From assembly GCA_040954595.2 (NCBI GenBank), contig CM082597.2, positions 4,157,144 to 4,221,143 on the forward strand: a stretch of 64,000 nt of DNA, written 5' to 3'. The translations under genes were made by a program, and so were the position numbers. The notes beneath the pieces were generated by a model. The model was not told the origin of the DNA. It worked only from the letters and a program-made list of their open reading frames with translations, and searched no databases. Position 1 is the stretch's first letter, and each line of letters starts with the position of its first letter. Below, in pieces: positions 59,301 through 64,000 of this stretch. The stretch comes from Balanoglossus misakiensis. Lineage: Eukaryota > Animalia > Hemichordata.

Positions 59301-62300
59301 AGATTTTCGGCCTTTCTGAACATTTTTCATGGGTTAACCATCATGGTTTTTGTCGAAAAACCCCGAATTTTCGAGTTGCCGAATTTCGAGATTTTCGGCC
59401 TTTCTGAACATTTTTCATGGGTTAACCATCATGGTTTTTGTCGAAAAACCCCGAATTTTCGAGTTGCCGAATTTCGAGATTTTCGGCCTTTCTGAACATT
59501 TTTCATGGGTTAACCATCATGGTTTTTGTCGAAAAACCACGAATTTTCGAGTTGCCGAATTTCGAGATTTTCGGCCTTTCTGAACATTTTTCATGGGTTA
59601 ACCATCATGGTTTTTGTCGAAAAACCACGAATTTTCGAGTTGCCGAATTTCGAGATTTTCGGCCTTTCTGAACATTTTTCATGGGTTAACCATCATGGTT
59701 TTTGTCGAAAAACCACGAATTTTCGAGTTGCCGAATTTCGAGATTTTCGGCCTTTCTGAACATTTTTCATGGGTTAACCATCATGGTTTTTGTCGAAAAA
59801 CCACGAATTTTCGAGTTGCCGAATTTCGAGATTTTCGGCCTTTCTGAACATTTTTCATGGGTTAACCATCATGGTTTTTGTCGAAAAACCACGAATTTTC
59901 GAGTTGCCGAATTTCGAGATTTTCGGCCTTTCTGAACATTTTTCATGGGTTAACCATCATGGTTTTTGTCGAAAAACCGCGAATTTTCGAGTTGCCGAAT
60001 TTCGAGATTTTCGGCCTTTCTGAACATTTTTCATGGGTTAACCATCATGGTTTTTGTCGAAAAACCGCGAATTTTCGAGTTGCCGAATTTCGAGATTTTC
60101 GGCCTTTCTGAACATTTTTCATGGGTTAACCATCATGGTTTTTGTCGAAAAGCCACGAATTTTCGAGTTGCCGAATTTCGAGATTTTCGGCCTTTCTGAA
60201 CATTTTTCATGGGTTAACCATCATGGTTTTTGTCGAAAAGCCGCGAATTTTCGAGTTGCCGAATTTCGAGATTTTCGGCCTTTCTGAACATTTTTCATGG
60301 GTTAACCATCATGGTTTTTGTCGAAAAACCGCGAATTTTCGAGATGCCGAATTTCGAGATTTTCGGCCTTTCTGAACATTTTTCATGGGTTAACCATCAT
60401 GGTTTTTGTCGAAAAACCGCGAATTTTCGAGTTGCCGAATTTCGAGATTTTCGGCCTTTCTGAACATTTTTCATGGGTTAACCATCATGGTTTTTGTCGA
60501 AAAACCGCGAATTTTCGAGTTTCCGAATTTCGAGATTTTCGGCCTTTCTGAACATTTTTCATGGGTTAACCATCATGGTTTTTGTCGAAAAACCGCGAAT
60601 TTTCGAGTTGCCGAATTTCGAGATTTTCGGCCTTTCTGAACATTTTTCATGGGTTAACCATCATGGTTTTTGTCGAAAAACCGCGAATTTTCGAGTTGCC
60701 GAATTTCGAGATTTTCGGCCTTTCTGAACATTTTTCATGGGTTAACCATCATGGTTTTTGTCGAAAAACCGCGAATTTTCGAGTTGCCGAATTTCGAGAT
60801 TTTCGGCCTTTCTGAACATTTTTCATGGGTTAACCATCATGGTTTTTGTCGAAAAACCGCGAATTTTCGAGTTGCCGAATTTCGAGATTTTCGGCCTTTC
60901 TGAACATTTTTCATGGGTTAACCATCATGGTTTTTGTCGAAAAACCGCGAATTTTCGAGTTGCCGAATTTCGAGATTTTCGGCCTTTCTGAACATTTTTC
61001 ATGGGTTAACCATCATGGTTTTTGTCGAAAAACCGCGAATTTTCGAGTTGCCGAATTTCGAGATTTTCGGCCTTTCTGAACATTTTTCATGGGTTAACCA
61101 TCATGGTTTTTGTCGAAAAACCGCGAATTTTCGAGTTGCCGAATTTCGAGATTTTCGGCCTTTCTGAACATTTTTCATGGGTTAACCATCATGGTTTTTG
61201 TCGAAAAACCGCGAATTTTCGAGTTGCCGAATTTCGAGATTTTCGGCCTTTCTGAACATTTTTCATGGGTTAACCATCATGGTTTTTGTCGAAAAACCAC
61301 GAATTTTCGAGTTGCCGAATTTCGAGATTTTCGGCCTTTCTGAACATTTTTCATGGGTTAACCATCATGGTTTTTGTCGAAAAACCACGAATTTTCGAGT
61401 TGCCGAATTTCGAGATTTTCGGCCTTTCTGAACATTTTTCATGGGTTAACCATCATGGTTTTTGTCGAAAAACCGCGAATTTTCGAGTTGCCGAATTTCG
61501 AGATTTTCGGCCTTTCTGAACATTTTTCATGGGTTAACCATCATGGTTTTTGTCGAAAAACCGCGAATTTTCGAGTTGCCGAATTTCGAGATTTTCGGCC
61601 TTTCTGAACATTTTTCATGGGTTAACCATCATGGTTTTTGTCGAAACACCGCGAATTTTCGAGTTGCCGAATTTCGAGATTTTCGGCCTTTCTGAACATT
61701 TTTCATGGGTTAACCATCATGGTTTTTGTCGAAAAACCGCGAATTTTCGAGTTGCCGAATTTCGAGATTTTCGGCCTTTCTGAACATTTTTCATGGGTTA
61801 ACCATCATGGTTTTTGTCGAAAAACCGCGAATTTTCGAGTTGCCGAATTTCGAGATTTTCGGCCTTTCTGAACATTTTTCATGGGTTAACCATCATGGTT
61901 TTGTCGAAAAACCGCGAATTTTCGAGTTGCCGAATTTCGAGATTTTCGGCCTTTCTGAACATTTTTCATGGGTTAACCATCATGGTTTTTGTCGAAAAAC
62001 CGCGAATTTTCGAGTTGCCGAATTTCGAGATTTTCGGCCTTTCTGAACATTTTTCATGGGTTAACCATCATGGTTTTTGTCGAAAAACCGCGAATTTTCG
62101 AGTTGCCGAATTTCGAGATTTTCGGCCTTTCTGAACATTTTTCATGAGTTAACCATCATGGTTTTTGTCGAAAAACCACGAATTTTCGAGTTGCCGAATT
62201 TCGAGATTTTCGGCCTTTCTGAACATTTTTCATGGGTTAACCATCATGGTTTTTGTCGAAAAGCCACGAATTTTCGAGTTGCCGAATTTCGAGATTTTCG

Positions 62301-64000
62301 GCCTTTCTGAACATTTTTCATGGGTTAACCATCATGGTTTTTGTCGAAAATCCGCGAATTTTCGAGATGCCGAATTTCGAGATTTTCGGCCTTTCTGAAC
62401 ATTTTTCATGGGTTAACCATCATGGTTTTTGTCGAAAAACCGCGAATTTTCGAGTTGCCGAATTTCGAGATTTTCGGCCTTTCTGAACATTTTTCATGGG
62501 TTAACCATCATGGTTTTTGTCGAAAAACCGCGAATTTTCGAGTTGCCGAATTTCGAGATTTTCGGCCTTTCTGAACATTTTTCATGGGTTAACCATCATG
62601 GTTTTTGTCGAAAAACCGCGAATTTTCGAGTTGCCGAATTTCGAGATTTTCGGCCTTTCTGAACATTTTTCATGGGTTAACCATCATGGTTTTTGTCGAA
62701 AAACCGCGAATTTTCGAGTTGCCGAATTTCGAGATTTTCGGCCTTTCTGAACATTTTTCATGGGTTAACCATCATGGTTTTTGTCGAAAAACCGCGAATT
62801 TTCGAGTTGCCGAATTTCGAGATTTTCGGCCTTTCTGAACATTTTTCATGGGTTAACCATCATGGTTTTTGTCGAAAAACCGCGAATTTTCGAGTTGCCG
62901 AATTTCGAGATTTTCGGCCTTTCTGAACATTTTTCATGGGTTAACCATCATGGTTTTTGTCGAAAAACCGCGAATTTTCGAGTTGCCGAATTTCGAGATT
63001 TTCGGCCTTTCTGAACATTTTTCATGGGTTAACCATCATGGTTTTTGTCGAAAAACCACGAATTTTCGAGTTGCCGAATTTCGAGATTTTCGGCCTTTCT
63101 GAACATTTTTCATGGGTTAACCATCATGGTTTTTGTCGAAAAACCACGAATTTTCGAGTTGCCGAATTTCGAGATTTTCGGCCTTTCTGAACATTTTTCA
63201 TGGGTTAACCATCATGGTTTTTGTCGAAAAACCACGAATTTTCGAGTTGCCGAATTTCGAGATTTTCGGCCTTTCTGAACATTTTTCATGGGTTAACCAT
63301 CATGGTTTTTGTCGAAAAACCGCGAATTTTCGAGTTGCCGAATTTCGAGATTTTCGGCCTTTCTGAACATTTTTCATGGGTTAACCATCATGGTTTTTGT
63401 CGAAAAACCGCGACTTTTCGAGTTGCCGAATTTCGAGATTTTCGGCCTTTCTGAACATTTTTCATGGGTTAACCATCATGGTTTTTGTCGAAAAACCGCG
63501 AATTTTCGAGTTGCCGAATTTCGAGATTTTCGGCCTTTCTGAACATTTTTCATGGGTTAACCATCATGGTTTTTGTCGAAAAACCACGAATTTTCGAGTT
63601 GCCGAATTTCGAGATTTTCGGCCTTTCTGAACATTTTTCATGGGTTAACCATCATGGTTTTTGTCGAAAAACCACGAATTTTCGAGTTGCCGAATTTCGA
63701 GATTTTCGGCCTTTCTGAACATTTTTCATGGGTTAACCATCATGGTTTTTGTCGAAAAACCACGAATTTTCGAGTTGCCGAATTTCGAGATTTTCGGCCT
63801 TTCTGAACATTTTTCATGGGTTAACCATCATGGTTTTTGTCGAAAAACCACGAATTTTCGAGTTGCCGAATTTCGAGATTTTCGGCCTTTCTGAACATTT
63901 TTCATGGGTTAACCATCATGGTTTTTGTCGAAAAACCACGAATTTTCGAGTTGCCGAATTTCGAGATTTTCGGCCTTTCTGAACATTTTTCATGGGTTAA
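56385..64000 (-). repeat. 88-bp satellite subfamily B in inverted orientation, ~86 copies, running off the window
   Basis: Reverse complement of the B unit with an 88-bp period (also evident from the spacing in the ORF track). Confidence 0.98.

Noticed and set aside
55766-63982. About 90 near-identical 77-aa ORFs (MSKNHEFSSCRISRF..)
   Set aside because: Artefacts of an 88-bp tandem repeat cycling through reading frames from TTG starts.
53965-64000. CRISPR-like array
   Set aside because: No unique spacers, no cas genes, and a eukaryotic context; it is a pure tandem satellite.

Overview
Gene-dense, intron-rich animal DNA (a bilaterian invertebrate; species not identifiable from sequence alone). 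Hand-spliced GT-AG models give ten protein-coding genes in about 53 kb: PAFAH1B2/3 (-), a tandem CARD-CARD protein (-), CFAP91 (+), CKS1 (-), SDHC (+), TMEM218 (-), an unrecognised 152-aa basic protein (+), PKNOX/Prep (+), an in-frame fusion of a Cys-type GST with an RTN4IP1-like NADPH:quinone oxidoreductase (+), and nicastrin (+). Introns carry several MITE families and microsatellites. From ~53.7 kb to the window end lies an 88-bp satellite with a degenerate edge, two subfamilies and a fold-back inversion at 56,385-56,395. The best candidate for an undescribed system is the ~701-aa GST-[two hydrophobic helices]-RTN4IP1 fusion. Also notable are a TGCATG-flanked 39-nt microexon in TMEM218, a stop-containing cassette exon in CFAP91, and the satellite architecture. 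All exon models and family assignments were made by eye and from memory, with no database searches.
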